Positions 1 through 10,399 of a stretch of DNA of 64,000 nucleotides are shown here, in pieces. The stretch is from an uncultured delta proteobacterium. Lineage in GTDB: Bacteria > Myxococcota_A > Polyangia > Polyangiales > Polyangiaceae. The notes under the pieces were generated by a model. The model saw only the letters and a program-made list of their open reading frames with translations, made no database searches and had not been told where the DNA came from. Within the stretch, counting starts at the first letter, position 1. Each line of letters starts with the position of its first letter. Location: contig CAWJCS010000004.1 of assembly GCA_963841435.1 (NCBI GenBank), forward strand, positions 32,001 through 96,000. Direction: 5' to 3'. Made by a program: the position numbers and the translations under genes.

Positions 1-61
1 GCACGGGCTCACCTTCCCCTCGCGCCTTTCGCTGCGACGCACGCCGCCGTCGACGGGCCGC

Positions 62-577
62 GTGCTGCTCATCCCGGTTGACGCGACGGACGGGCCCGAG
101 CTCTGGGAAGCGGTCGAGGGCTCGCGCTGGCACCTCGAGCGCTGGCTGCCCTGGGTGCCGTTCAACTCCTCGCCCGACGCGAGCCTGCGCTACGCCGAGG
201 CGTGTGCCGTCGACTGGGACGCGGGGCGCGCGGCTCGCTTCGCGCTACGCGACCGCTCGACGAACGAGCTGCTCGGCGTCGTGGGCCTCGACTCGTGCGT
301 GCACCTGCACCGCTCGTCCGAGCTCGGCTACTGGCTGCGCCGCGAGCACACGGGGCGCGGGCTGATGACCGAAGCGGCGCGCGCGTGCGTCGAGTTCGCC
401 TTCCAGCGCATGGGCATGCACCGCGTGCGCTGTGCGGCAGCGACCGACAACGCGCCGAGCTTGCGCGTCATCTCGCGCCTCGGGTTCCGCTTCGAGGGCA
501 TCGCGCGCGAGGCGGAGTGGGTGGGGTCGCGCTGGCTCGACCATGCGCTCTTCGCCAAGCTGGCGACGGACGAGTGA
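62..577 (+). CDS. GNAT family N-acetyltransferase (RimJ/RimL-like)
   Basis: Motifs ELGYWLRREHTGRGLMTEA and NAPSLRVISRLGFRFEG are typical of the RimJ/RimL family. The frame is open to the window start, so the true start may lie upstream. Confidence 0.9.
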   Translation: MLLIPVDATDGPELWEAVEGSRWHLERWLPWVPFNSSPDASLRYAEACAVDWDAGRAARFALRDRSTNELLGVVGLDSCVHLHRSSELGYWLRREHTGRGLMTEAARACVEFAFQRMGMHRVRCAAATDNAPSLRVISRLGFRFEGIAREAEWVGSRWLDHALFAKLATDE

Positions 578-2082
578 GCGGGCCACGCGGGAGGCAGATT
601 TTCAGCCGCTTCGGCGGCCGCTGGCCGCCGTTCGTGGTGCTCGCTCCGACGCTCGTGGTGGCGTTCGGCCTGCTGCTCGGCGTGGGCATCGGCACTTTGG
701 GCCTGCGCGAGCTCCGCCACCAGGGCGACGCGGGCGCGTCCCGCAACAGCGAGCTGCTCGCCAAGATGCTCGCGGCGCGCCTGGGCGCCATCCCGAGCGA
801 ACACTGGCAGCCCGTGCTCGAGCTTGCCGCGCTGCGCTCGGGCGCCGAGCTCTTGCTCGCCGCCAGTGACGGCCAGGTCGCGATCGATCTCACGCGCGGG
901 GTCGGCGCGGCGCCGGACATTCGCGAGCTCATCGACGAGAGGACGGGCGAAGCCATCACCAAGCTCGGACGCACGCGCTTCCACGCCCAGCACTTGCCAC
1001 GGCCGTTCCAGGCGCTGTCCCTGCTCGCCTTCGTGAGCGTGCCCGAGGCGCCGTTCGCGACGAGCTCGCTCATTCGCTCGGTGGCCGCGTTGACGGCGCT
1101 GCTCGTCGGCGCGGCGGGCCTCGTGGCATTCGCGCTCGCGCGCGACGTGCACGCCGACGTGCGTTTCGTGATGATTCGCATCGCGCGCATGGCGCGCGCC
1201 AAGAATCAGCCTGCCGGGCAGACGATCCCCGTCGGCTCCGTCGACCAGGTGGGCGCCCTCGCGAGCGCCTTCAACGTGCTCGTGGAGCGCTTCGCGGCGG
1301 CCGAGCGCGCTTATCGTCAGGATCTCACCGGGGCGCTCGCCTACGACCACGACCGGAGCGCGTTCCTCGCGGCACTCAGCCACGAGCTTCGCACGCCGCT
1401 CAACGCCATCCTCGGCTTCACGGACGTGCTTCTCTCGGAGGTGGACGGCCCGCTCAGCGCCGACGCCCGCGAGGGGCTGACGGTGGTGCGCAAGAGCGGC
1501 CAGCACCTGCGCGCGCTCATCGACGACATCCTCGACCTTTCCGCGCTCGAATCGGGCGAGCTCCGCCTGAGCCCCGGTCCCGTCGACGTTGCGGGCGTCA
1601 CGGCCGACGTCGTGCGCGAGGCGCGCGTGGCCGCCGAGGCCAAGGGGCTCACGCTGACGCTCGAGGGTGCCCGTGCGACAGCCTGGGCCGACGAGCGCCG
1701 CGTGCGGCAGATCATCGGCAATGTCGTCGGCAACGCCGTGAAATACACCGATTCGGGCGGCGTCGCGGTGCGCGTGAGCCCGGGGCCGGTCGAGGCCACG
1801 GTGTCCGTCCGCGACAGCGGCCCCGGCATCGCGCCGGAGGACCACGAATCGATCTTCCAGGAATACTGGCAAACGCGCGAGGCGGCGCGCCGGCGCGCCG
1901 GCACCGGGCTCGGCCTCGCCATCGCGCGACGCCTCGTCGAGATGCACGGCGGACACATCGAGCTCACGAGCGCGCTCGGCGAGGGCTCGACATTTTCCAT
2001 CGCGCTGCCCATCGACGCGCCGCCCGAATCGCGGCGTGATCGCTCACAGCCGCGCACGCTGCGCCCCTCGGAGCCGCCGTGA
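574..2082 (+). CDS. Membrane sensor histidine kinase (HAMP-HisKA-HATPase_c)
   Basis: GTG at 574 overlaps the upstream TGA. Two TM segments, H-box SHELRTPLNAI, N-box NVVGNAVKYT, G1 DSGPGI and G2 GTGLGLAI. Confidence 0.92.
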   Translation: MSGPRGRQIFSRFGGRWPPFVVLAPTLVVAFGLLLGVGIGTLGLRELRHQGDAGASRNSELLAKMLAARLGAIPSEHWQPVLELAALRSGAELLLAASDGQVAIDLTRGVGAAPDIRELIDERTGEAITKLGRTRFHAQHLPRPFQALSLLAFVSVPEAPFATSSLIRSVAALTALLVGAAGLVAFALARDVHADVRFVMIRIARMARAKNQPAGQTIPVGSVDQVGALASAFNVLVERFAAAERAYRQDLTGALAYDHDRSAFLAALSHELRTPLNAILGFTDVLLSEVDGPLSADAREGLTVVRKSGQHLRALIDDILDLSALESGELRLSPGPVDVAGVTADVVREARVAAEAKGLTLTLEGARATAWADERRVRQIIGNVVGNAVKYTDSGGVAVRVSPGPVEATVSVRDSGPGIAPEDHESIFQEYWQTREAARRRAGTGLGLAIARRLVEMHGGHIELTSALGEGSTFSIALPIDAPPESRRDRSQPRTLRPSEPP

Positions 2083-3920
2083 ATCCCGCCGCTTCCCATC
2101 TGATCCGGCGCGTGCTCGGCCTGCAGGCTGCGTTCACGCTGCTCGGCGCCGCGCTGGTCGCGGTGTTGTCGCCGCGCTTCCTCCTTTTGGGTGGCTCGGT
2201 CGCGATCGAAGGCGCTCGGGCGCTCGGCGTCGGGCTCACGGCGGGCGGGCTCTTTGCGCTCGTCCCGTCGGGGCTCAGGCTAAGGCGCCATCGTTTCGTG
2301 CTGCGGGCGCTCGCGCTCGGCTCGCGTGCCGTCGAGGCGCACGATCTTTACGCGCTCGCCGAGGAGCCGCGGCGCATCATCGTCGGCTGGTTCGTCCCCT
2401 CGGCGCTCGGCTGCGCGCTTTCGACGCTGCCGTTCGGCCCGAAAACGCTGGATGGCGGCACGAGCGTCACGCTGTGCTTGCTCGGTCTCGCCATGGCGGG
2501 CTCGGCCTCGTTGCCGCTGTTCGTCATGCTGCGCACGGCCGTCGCCCGCGCGCTCATGCTCGCGCCCGTCTCCGTGATGCGCGAAGTGATCGACGACGCC
2601 GAGCGGCTCGGGCTCGTCGCGCGGCGCATCCCGCACCGCATGGTGTTGGCCGTCGCGCTACCGGTCGGCTGCCTGGCGCTCGGCTCGTTGCTCATCGTGG
2701 CCGGGCACGTGCGCCGCGCCGACGAGCGAAACCGCGAGGAGACGGCGCGTCTCGTCTCGCGCGCCGCGCTCGAGCCAGAGCCGGGGCCGCAGGCCTGGGC
2801 TGGGATTCGCGAGGCCGTCGTCCAGGCGCGCGCCCTCGGCTTCTACGCGAACTCGCAGCGTGAGCCCGACGAATACCGCGTGGAGCACGGCAAGGGTGGG
2901 CAGCTCATCGTGATAACCCCGCTCGACCGCGGCAGCGCCAGCATGGAGTTTCCGGCGTCGACCGTCACCGTGGTCAACGGCGCGGCGCTGCTCGTCGCGG
3001 CGATCGGCACGCTTCTCGCGGCCCTTGCGGGGCTCGGTGTGGGGCGTGTGCTCGGCGCGGATCTCGAAGCCGCCACGGCCGACGTTCGGGCGCTCGGCAC
3101 GGAAACCGTGATCGGCGGCGGGCGGCGCCTCCTACACCGGGCACGCTTTCCGATCGTGGCGCGCCTGGGGCTCGCGATCGCGCGCCTGACGGGCCGTTTC
3201 CGCGTCTTCGCGCGCGCGCAGGAGCGCACCATCGCCGCCAAGGACGCCGCGGTGCGCATGCGCGGGCTGTTCTTCGCCTCCGTGAGCCACGATCTCAAGA
3301 GCCCGCTCAATGCCATCCTGGGGTTTACCGAGCTCGTGCGCCGCGCGCAGCCGGTCACGGCCGGTCAGGCCGAGAGCTTGAACCTCATCGAGCGGCGCGG
3401 GCGCGAGCTGCTCGCGCTCATCGAGACGATCCTCGACGCCGCGCGCGTCGAGGCGGGCCAGCTCACGCTCGTGCTCGACGCCATCGACGCGAAAACCGTG
3501 CTCGAGCAGTCGATCGTCAAGGGGCGCGACCTCGGAGGCGACTACGACGTGCAGGCCGTCGTCGAGATCGCGCCGGGACTCCGCCCGCTCTCCGTCGACC
3601 GGGTGCGTCTGCCGCGGGCTCTGTCGACCTTCCTCGCCTGCGCGATGCGCGCGGCGCGCGGCCCTACCTTTCGCATCGTGGTCTCGCCGGACGGCCCCGA
3701 CCTTGCCCGCATGGAAATCGAGGTCCAGGGCGAAGCGAGCGTCACCGACATCGCGGCGATCCTCGATCCGACGCGTGCCACGGGCGGCGCGGTGCACCGG
3801 GGGTTCGCCATGGCCCTGCGCCTCGGACGTTCCATCGTCGAGCTGCACCAGGGGTCCCTCTCGCTTTCCAAGCACGAGGACGGCGGCTCGATCGTGCTCC
3901 ACTTGCCGACGGTTGGCTGA
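2079..3920 (+). CDS. Multi-TM HisKA protein with degenerate ATPase domain
   Basis: Several TM helices and an intact H-box SHDLKSPLNAILGF. N, G1 and G2 boxes are not recognisable. GTGA overlap with the upstream kinase. Confidence 0.85.
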   Translation: MNPAASHLIRRVLGLQAAFTLLGAALVAVLSPRFLLLGGSVAIEGARALGVGLTAGGLFALVPSGLRLRRHRFVLRALALGSRAVEAHDLYALAEEPRRIIVGWFVPSALGCALSTLPFGPKTLDGGTSVTLCLLGLAMAGSASLPLFVMLRTAVARALMLAPVSVMREVIDDAERLGLVARRIPHRMVLAVALPVGCLALGSLLIVAGHVRRADERNREETARLVSRAALEPEPGPQAWAGIREAVVQARALGFYANSQREPDEYRVEHGKGGQLIVITPLDRGSASMEFPASTVTVVNGAALLVAAIGTLLAALAGLGVGRVLGADLEAATADVRALGTETVIGGGRRLLHRARFPIVARLGLAIARLTGRFRVFARAQERTIAAKDAAVRMRGLFFASVSHDLKSPLNAILGFTELVRRAQPVTAGQAESLNLIERRGRELLALIETILDAARVEAGQLTLVLDAIDAKTVLEQSIVKGRDLGGDYDVQAVVEIAPGLRPLSVDRVRLPRALSTFLACAMRAARGPTFRIVVSPDGPDLARMEIEVQGEASVTDIAAILDPTRATGGAVHRGFAMALRLGRSIVELHQGSLSLSKHEDGGSIVLHLPTVG

Positions 3921-3950
3921 CGAGTAGAGTCGCGAAAGGGCCCACCCCGT

Positions 3951-5030
3951 ATGCCGAAGAGGAAGACCCCGCACGCCGATCACGACGAGCGCGCCCGGCC
4001 TGACCCGGCGAGCGACGGCGTCCTCGATCCGGGCGAGGGCTCGGACGACGAACGTTTCGATCGCGTGTTCCGACCGACGTCGCTCGCCGAGTTCGTGGGG
4101 CAGGAGCAGCACAAGAAGAACCTGCAGGTGTACGTGGAGGCGGCGCGCCGCCGCGGCGAGCCGCTCGACCACGTGCTGCTCTGCGGTCCTCCCGGGCTCG
4201 GCAAGACCACGCTCGCGCACATCCTCGCCAGGGAGATGGGCACGCAGATCACCGTGACGAGCGGCCCGGCGGTGGAGCACAAGGGCGTGCTGACGGGCAT
4301 GCTAACGCGCGTCGAGCGTGGCGACGTCGTGTTCATCGACGAGATCCACCGGCTTTCGCCACCCGTCGAGGAAGCGCTCTATCCGGCGGTCGAGGATTTT
4401 CGCATCGACGTCATGATGGGCGAGGGGGCGTTCGCCGAGAGCCTGACGCTCGACGTGAAGCCCTTCACGCTCGTCGGCGCCACGACGCGCACGGGGCTTC
4501 TCACCAAGCCCTTGCAGGAGCGCTTTGGCGTCACGCTGCGCCTCGATTTCTACCCCCCCGCCGATCTCGAGCGCATCGTCGATCGTAGCGCCCGGCTGCT
4601 CGGCGTGCCCTGCGATCCGGAGGGCGCCAGGGCGCTTGCCATGCGCTCGCGAGGCACGCCGCGCGTCGCCAACCGGCTGCTCAGGCGCGCGCGCGACTTC
4701 GCCGATATCGAGGGCTCCGGCCGCATCGATCGCCACATCGTCGAGCTGTGTTGCGAGCGAGTGGGCGTTGACGAGGTCGGCCTCGACGAGATGGACCGGC
4801 GGCTGCTGCTCGTGCTCATCGACCACTACGACGGCGGGCCCGTCGGCGTCGAAACGATCGCCGCGGCGCTCGCCGAGCCGCGCGACACCATCGAGGACGT
4901 GTACGAGCCGTACCTCTTGCAGCAAGGATTTCTGGGTCGCACGCCGCGCGGCCGCATCGCGACCAAGAAGGCGTTCGAGCACCTCGGCCGCACGCCGCGC
5001 GCCACCACCGAACAAGGAAGGCTCTTCTGA
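3951..5030 (+). CDS. ruvB: Holliday junction branch migration ATPase RuvB
   Basis: [40 protein letters not shown] and [10 protein letters not shown] motifs. Confidence 0.98.
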   Translation: MPKRKTPHADHDERARPDPASDGVLDPGEGSDDERFDRVFRPTSLAEFVGQEQHKKNLQVYVEAARRRGEPLDHVLLCGPPGLGKTTLAHILAREMGTQITVTSGPAVEHKGVLTGMLTRVERGDVVFIDEIHRLSPPVEEALYPAVEDFRIDVMMGEGAFAESLTLDVKPFTLVGATTRTGLLTKPLQERFGVTLRLDFYPPADLERIVDRSARLLGVPCDPEGARALAMRSRGTPRVANRLLRRARDFADIEGSGRIDRHIVELCCERVGVDEVGLDEMDRRLLLVLIDHYDGGPVGVETIAAALAEPRDTIEDVYEPYLLQQGFLGRTPRGRIATKKAFEHLGRTPRATTEQGRLF

Positions 5031-5827
5031 TGGTTGCCACCGCCGACGTCGAGCTCGCCTCCGCTCGGCCGAGCTCGGAGCCGTGGTCTCAGGCGGGCAG
5101 CGGCGAGCGCGCGCGCCGCGGCATCCTGCTCGTGCATGGCTTCACGGGTAGCCCCGTGTCGCTCCGGCCGCTCGCCGAAGCGCTCGCCGCGCGCGGCTTC
5201 ACGGTGGATCTCCCGCGTCTGCCGGGCCACGGCACCAACTTTCGCGACATGGTGAAGACCCGCTACGCCGACTGGCGCGAGGGCGTCCGAGCCGACGCCG
5301 CTCGACTGCGCGGTCGCGTGGACCGCCTGGTGATCGTCGGCCTGTCGATGGGCGGCACGCTCGCGCTCGACATTGCGAGCGGCGGGGACGTCGCGATCGA
5401 TGGTGTGGTCACCATCAACGCGCAAATCCTCGACCGCGAGGGCATCGTCGTGAAGCTCGGCCCCATCATCGAGAAGCTCTTGCCCATCGTTCCCGCGGCC
5501 GTCGCCGGTATCACCAAGAACGACATCGCCAAGCCCGACGTGCTCGAACAGGCCTACACCTGGGTGCCGACCGCGGCAGGGAATTCGCTGCTCCGCGCGC
5601 TGCCGCGGGTCCGCTCTCAGCTTTCCAAAGTGTCGTGCCCCGTGCTCGTCATGGTGTCGAAGAACGACCACAGCGTCTCGCCCAAGAACTCGGCCGCTCT
5701 GCTCGAGCTCATCAAGAGCCCCAAGCTCGAGAGCCTGGTGCTCGAGCGCTCGTATCACGTCGCGACGCTCGACTACGATCGCGAGCTCATCGAAGAGCGC
5801 GTCACCGCGTTCGCCGACGCGCTGTGA
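5030..5827 (+). CDS. Carboxylesterase / monoacylglycerol lipase-type alpha/beta hydrolase
   Basis: HGFTGSP, LPGHGT, GLSMGG nucleophile elbow, DHSV and SYHVATLD catalytic-triad motifs. Confidence 0.92.
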   Translation: MVATADVELASARPSSEPWSQAGSGERARRGILLVHGFTGSPVSLRPLAEALAARGFTVDLPRLPGHGTNFRDMVKTRYADWREGVRADAARLRGRVDRLVIVGLSMGGTLALDIASGGDVAIDGVVTINAQILDREGIVVKLGPIIEKLLPIVPAAVAGITKNDIAKPDVLEQAYTWVPTAAGNSLLRALPRVRSQLSKVSCPVLVMVSKNDHSVSPKNSAALLELIKSPKLESLVLERSYHVATLDYDRELIEERVTAFADAL

Positions 5828-6026
5828 CGCCCGAGCCGCGCGCCGAGACGCCCTTTTCGTGTTTGGGGTAGGGGCGACCGCCGCCCGACGGCGCGAGTGA
5901 CGCCGCCCAGCGCCGTTCCACCCCAGCGTCAGCGCTCGTCGCCGCCCGCCCGTCGCGGCGCGTCGCGCCGTTTTTGGTGTAAGGCGCGGCGGCGGCGCGC
6001 GTTCTCAGGTTCGAAAGGACCCCGCC

Positions 6027-6635
6027 ATGACCCGGATGCCGCTCGCTTTGCTCTCGCTGCTCCTCTTTTCCCGTGCCGCCGCCGCACAAGAGTTCGCCGA
6101 GCCGCCCGGCGGGCCCCTGCTCCCGAGCGAGCCCCCCACCGACGCGCCCTTCGTCGAAACGCGGCCCGACCCTCCCGCCGACTCGAGCACGCTGCGCGTC
6201 AGCGTGGGCCCGGTGCTTCGCGTCGCTCGGACGACGGCGGACGGCGGGCTCGCCGCAGCGCTCGACGTGGGCTCGGGTCCGGCCGGCGCGCGGTTCACGG
6301 GCACGTGGGTGCGCGTCGGCAGCGACGAGGGACTCTCCGAATACCGCGGCGAGCTCTTCATCGACTTCGGCTCCGAACGCCGGCTCCATCCCATCGTCGG
6401 CGCGGGTGCCGGCATTGCGCGGCTCGGCAGCCCGGGGCCGGACGGAACGCCCGTCATCGCGACGTACGGCGTCGGCGTGCTCAGAGGCACGCTCGAATAC
6501 GTGCTCCCCGTGTCGCGTGCCGACGCCCGCATCGGCATCGACGCGAGCGGCAGCGTGCCGGCAATCCAGGCAAAATCTGCCGCGAATGCCGGCCCCTGGC
6601 TGCTCTTTACGGCGCGCGTCGGCGTGGGTTTCTGA
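6027..6635 (+). CDS. Exported protein, probable small outer-membrane beta-barrel
   Basis: Signal peptide ending AAAA-Q, alternating beta-strand pattern and C-terminal RVGVGF (terminal Phe). Confidence 0.7.
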   Translation: MTRMPLALLSLLLFSRAAAAQEFAEPPGGPLLPSEPPTDAPFVETRPDPPADSSTLRVSVGPVLRVARTTADGGLAAALDVGSGPAGARFTGTWVRVGSDEGLSEYRGELFIDFGSERRLHPIVGAGAGIARLGSPGPDGTPVIATYGVGVLRGTLEYVLPVSRADARIGIDASGSVPAIQAKSAANAGPWLLFTARVGVGF

Positions 6636-6713
6636 GCTCGCCGTCGTACGGCGCTCGGGCAAGCTCGACGGTTTGCTCGCATCTCGCGAGCGGTGCACTA
6701 CGATCCCGCCCCG

Positions 6714-8447
6714 ATGAAGGTCCGTGCCGTGGCGGTCGCCTCCGAGCGCAGCAACGCGGTCGGAACCGTCGAGCTGGAATGCACGCCGCACGGCCTGTCG
6801 CTCGTGCACCTCGGTGTGGGCGCCTTCAGCGAGGACTATGCGCCGGGGGCCCTCACGAGCGGGACGCGCGTGCTCGTGCCGTGGTCGGCCGTCGACGAAG
6901 CACAGGTCGAGGGCGAGCGGCTCTATTTGGCGTTCGATCCCGCGCTGAGCCCCCACCATCGCCTCTTGCTCTCGAGCTTTTCCACGGGCCGGAGCAGCGA
7001 GCCCCGCACCGTGCGGCGCCAGCGTGCCCTGGTGCGCGCGGCGACGGGGGCCTCGGCCATACTCGCAGCGTTGCTCTCCGCGCTCTTCGCGTCGCGCGTC
7101 ACGGGGCTCGGCCCGGCGCTCGCCGTGGGCGCCGGCGCGTTCGGCGCCGTGCTCGTGCTCGCGATCGGGGTCATGGCCGACCGCCTGGTCGCTTTCGGCA
7201 TCGTGCCGCCCGACACCGTGCGGGCCGAGCTCTTCGGTCAGCTCGACCGCTACTTGCCGGCGCTGGCGCGCGCCGAGGCCGCCCCGGCGAAGAAGATGCG
7301 CCGCCTCACGCTCGGCGACCTCCAGGGCGTGCTGCCACGGACGACGTTCGCCATCGTCGTCACGCTGACGGCGAGCAGCCTCGCGGCCGTGCTGGTCGCG
7401 CACTGGACGTTCGGTGACGAGCGGCGCGCGGTCCGAGCGCTGCCCGCGGCGCCGCGCGAAGAGCCCGCGAACGTGGCCGTGCAGGCGCCGCGCCCGCTCG
7501 AGCCCACGTCGCGGCCGTCCGCGGCCCCGGCGGCGCGAGCGCCGGCCCGCCCCGCGGCACCGATGGGCGGCGCAACACTCGGAGACCCCTGTCGCTGCGC
7601 GCGCGCCGATTCGCTGCTCTGGTCGGATCCCATCCCGCGCCTGAGCGTGCTTTTCCTGCGTCAGCGCGTGCGTGCGGGACGCGGCGCGCCGCACCACGAG
7701 AGCGTTCGCAAGCGCTACCTCGACCTCGACGTGGCCGTCGTGAACAACGGCGACACCGACATCGACGAGATCACGCTCGTGGTGCTCTTCTACGCGCGCG
7801 ACGCGGGGGGCAAGCACCGCGAGCAGGTGGCGAGCCGCCCGCTTTTCTACGAGGGGCCGCTGCGGCCAGGGCAGGCGATCAAATGGAGCACCGACGCCGA
7901 AGGCACCGAGGTGGAGGTGCAGGCACCCGTGCTCGGCAGCCTCGGGCTCGAAGGCGAGTCGCTCGCGCCGTCGGACCGCTTCGCCGAGCTGCTCGAGGCC
8001 AACAACCGCCCCGTGCGTTTACACGCGGCGCGGCTGCTCGCGTTCCTCGGCGATCGGCGCGCGCGAGAGGGCATCTTGAAGCTACGCGAAGCGCTGCGCG
8101 AGGACGAGGCGCCGTACCTCGACCGTCTGCTGCAGGCGACCGCTGAGGCACGCGTCTGCCGGCTCGACGTCGCCGACGAGGCCGGCGGTCGCAGCGTGCG
8201 CGGCTGCCTGTTCAACGCGAGCCACGAGGCGAAGAAGGATCTCGGCGTGAAGCTCAGGGGTCTCGATCAGGGCGTCGTACCGGGCGATCCGGTCGGCGCG
8301 CCACCCACTCTGCTCGTCGAGCAGGTGCTCTCCGTCCCGGGCGAGCTCGCTGCCGAGACCGGCGTCGCGTTCACCGGTCGGCTGCCGAGCGAGGGCACAC
8401 CGGTCGTTTGGGAGGCGGTCGCCGACAGGGTCGATCTGCTACGCTGA
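6714..8447 (+). CDS. Hypothetical membrane protein (three TM segments, Pro/Ala linker, HEAT-like helical segment)
   Basis: Long ORF with GC3-biased codons and hydrophobic segments. RPVRLHAARLLAFLGDRRA resembles a HEAT repeat. Confidence 0.75.
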   Translation: MKVRAVAVASERSNAVGTVELECTPHGLSLVHLGVGAFSEDYAPGALTSGTRVLVPWSAVDEAQVEGERLYLAFDPALSPHHRLLLSSFSTGRSSEPRTVRRQRALVRAATGASAILAALLSALFASRVTGLGPALAVGAGAFGAVLVLAIGVMADRLVAFGIVPPDTVRAELFGQLDRYLPALARAEAAPAKKMRRLTLGDLQGVLPRTTFAIVVTLTASSLAAVLVAHWTFGDERRAVRALPAAPREEPANVAVQAPRPLEPTSRPSAAPAARAPARPAAPMGGATLGDPCRCARADSLLWSDPIPRLSVLFLRQRVRAGRGAPHHESVRKRYLDLDVAVVNNGDTDIDEITLVVLFYARDAGGKHREQVASRPLFYEGPLRPGQAIKWSTDAEGTEVEVQAPVLGSLGLEGESLAPSDRFAELLEANNRPVRLHAARLLAFLGDRRAREGILKLREALREDEAPYLDRLLQATAEARVCRLDVADEAGGRSVRGCLFNASHEAKKDLGVKLRGLDQGVVPGDPVGAPPTLLVEQVLSVPGELAAETGVAFTGRLPSEGTPVVWEAVADRVDLLR

Positions 8448-8453
8448 GTCCCC

Positions 8454-9646
8454 ATGATTTCTGCTTCTTTTCCCTGCTTGGCGTTGCGAGCCGGTCGGCG
8501 CGCGGTCGTCGTGCTCGCGTTCACGCTCCCCGCCTGCGGGGGTGGGGCGGACGACGAGCCCGCGGCCGAGGCTCCCGCGCTGGTTTGCGATCCGAGCTTG
8601 CGCGCGCTCGGCGACATCACCGCGAAGAATCCGCTCGTCTCCGTCGGCGCCCGCGTCAGCGCGAGCGCCGGCGTCGAGAATCCCGAACGTGCAGTGGACG
8701 GGTACTATCACCAGAATGGCCCGGCGCGCCTGGGCACGCCGACGGACGACGCGCCGGCCTGGATCGCCATCGAGCTCGAAGGCGATTTCACGCGGCTGCT
8801 CCTGAGCTGGGACGATGCCGGCTACGGCAACTACACCCTCGCCGACGAAGCTCCGCTCGACTACGTGCTCGAGACATCGGGCGACTCGACGGACGGCGAG
8901 GACGGCAGCTGGACGAGCGTCGTCGCCGTCACCGGCAACCCAGTGCGCTCGCGTGCCCATTCCTTCGATTTCGTCGATCGACACTGGGTCAGGATCACCG
9001 TCACCGCGGGTCACGCCAAGCCGGTCACGCTCGACGAGATTTCACTCTTCGATCTCGGGGCGGTGGGTGACGGGCGCGCGCCCGACACGTGGTTCTTCCT
9101 CGGCGACAGCATCACGGCGGGCGCGTTCCAGAAGACGGCTGGCTCGTTCGGCAACTTCGACGCACGCATCCACGCGGCTCTGCCGGGCTACAGCCCCGCG
9201 GTCATCAACGGCGGCATCGGCGGCGAGCTGTTCAACGGGCGGTCGCGACCGGCTCGACCAAGTCCTCGATTCTGAATCCCGACTTCACGTTCTTCGGCAT
9301 CGGCTACGGCACCAACGACTCGTGGGGCGACCAGCACCTCGAATTCACGAGCTTCGAGAGCGCCATGACCGACATCGTCGATCGGCTGCTCGCAGCGGGG
9401 AGGGTGCCCATCCTCGCGCGCATCCCCTACGCCTCGACGGCCCACGACACCCTGCCCGAGTTCAACGCCGTCATCGATCGGCTCACGCGCGAGCGCGGGC
9501 TACCCTGTGGGCCCGATCTCTACGCTCATTTCCAAGCGAGCCCGGACGAGCTCAACACCGACGGCGTGCACCCGAACAGCCTCGGTTACACGCAGATGAA
9601 CGGCGTCTGGGCCGACGCTGCGCTGCCGCTCTACGCCGAGCCCTGA
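8454..9646 (+). CDS. Lipoprotein with discoidin-like N-domain and SGNH/GDSL hydrolase (frameshifted)
   Basis: Lipobox LPAC. FLGDSIT and NGGIGGE are in one frame, GYGTND and DGVHPN in another. Two apparent extra T bases near 9231 and 9270 rejoin the frames. Confidence 0.8.
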
Positions 9647-10338
9647 GCCAACCCGGCGCGCCGGCCGAGCCGCGGGGCCCGCGACGCTTCCTCGGCCGGG
9701 ACCTCGCGGGCGAAGGCCGTCGCGAGCGCGTCGAACACCGCGTCCGTGCCGGTCACCTCGAGTCGCCCCGCGGCGCGGAGCGCGCGCGCGTCCTGCCCCA
9801 TGAAGAGCCAGGCGAGTAGCGCGTCGATTGGACCCGTGACGACGACATCCGGCGCGGCGGCGCTGCGCTCGCTCACCGACAGGTATCCGGGCTCGAGCCC
9901 GAGCTCGAACGTCCGCGCATCGATCCGGAGCTCGACGCTGGCCCGCATGCCGCCGATGTAGCGGCGCTTGAGCGAAAGCAGCCCCCACGCGACGTTGAAA
10001 CGATCGTGCGGACCGCGCTCGCCCATGTAACGCGCTCCCCAGCGCGCAAGCTCCATGACCGTCGCCTCGAGCGCGCGACCGCTCTCGGTGAGCTCGTAGA
10101 CGCGCGCCGCGAGGGGCGGCGGCATCACGCGGCGCGATACGAGACCGAGCCGCTCGAGCTCCCGAAGCCGCCTCGCGAGCAGGTTCGTCGTCAGGCCGGG
10201 TAGGGCGCTCAAGAGATCCGTGTAGCGGCGCGGCCCGAGTAGGAGCTCTCTGACGAGGAGCAAGGTCCAGCGCTCGCCCACTCTGTCGAGCGCCCGGGCA
10301 AGACCGCATAACTGACTATAATTCCTCTTTGTTTCCAA
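9631..10338 (-). CDS. HxlR-family winged-helix regulator with C-terminal SCP2-like domain
   Basis: YSQLCGLARALDRVGERWTLLLVRELL...YELTESGRAL, followed by a sterol-carrier-like tail (GRLEVTG). Confidence 0.9.
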   Translation of the reverse strand: METKRNYSQLCGLARALDRVGERWTLLLVRELLLGPRRYTDLLSALPGLTTNLLARRLRELERLGLVSRRVMPPPLAARVYELTESGRALEATVMELARWGARYMGERGPHDRFNVAWGLLSLKRRYIGGMRASVELRIDARTFELGLEPGYLSVSERSAAAPDVVVTGPIDALLAWLFMGQDARALRAAGRLEVTGTDAVFDALATAFAREVPAEEASRAPRLGRRAGLAQGSA

Positions 10339-10399
10339 TCTAACTTATACTATCATATTTAATTGTTCTAACTAATAAAAAATAAAGTAGGCTGCGCGC
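10310..10399. promoter_or_regulatory. AT-rich divergent promoter/operator region
   Basis: Sharply AT-rich ~80 bp stretch between divergent genes. TAGGCT (10388-10393) lies 6 nt before ATG 10400. Confidence 0.7.
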
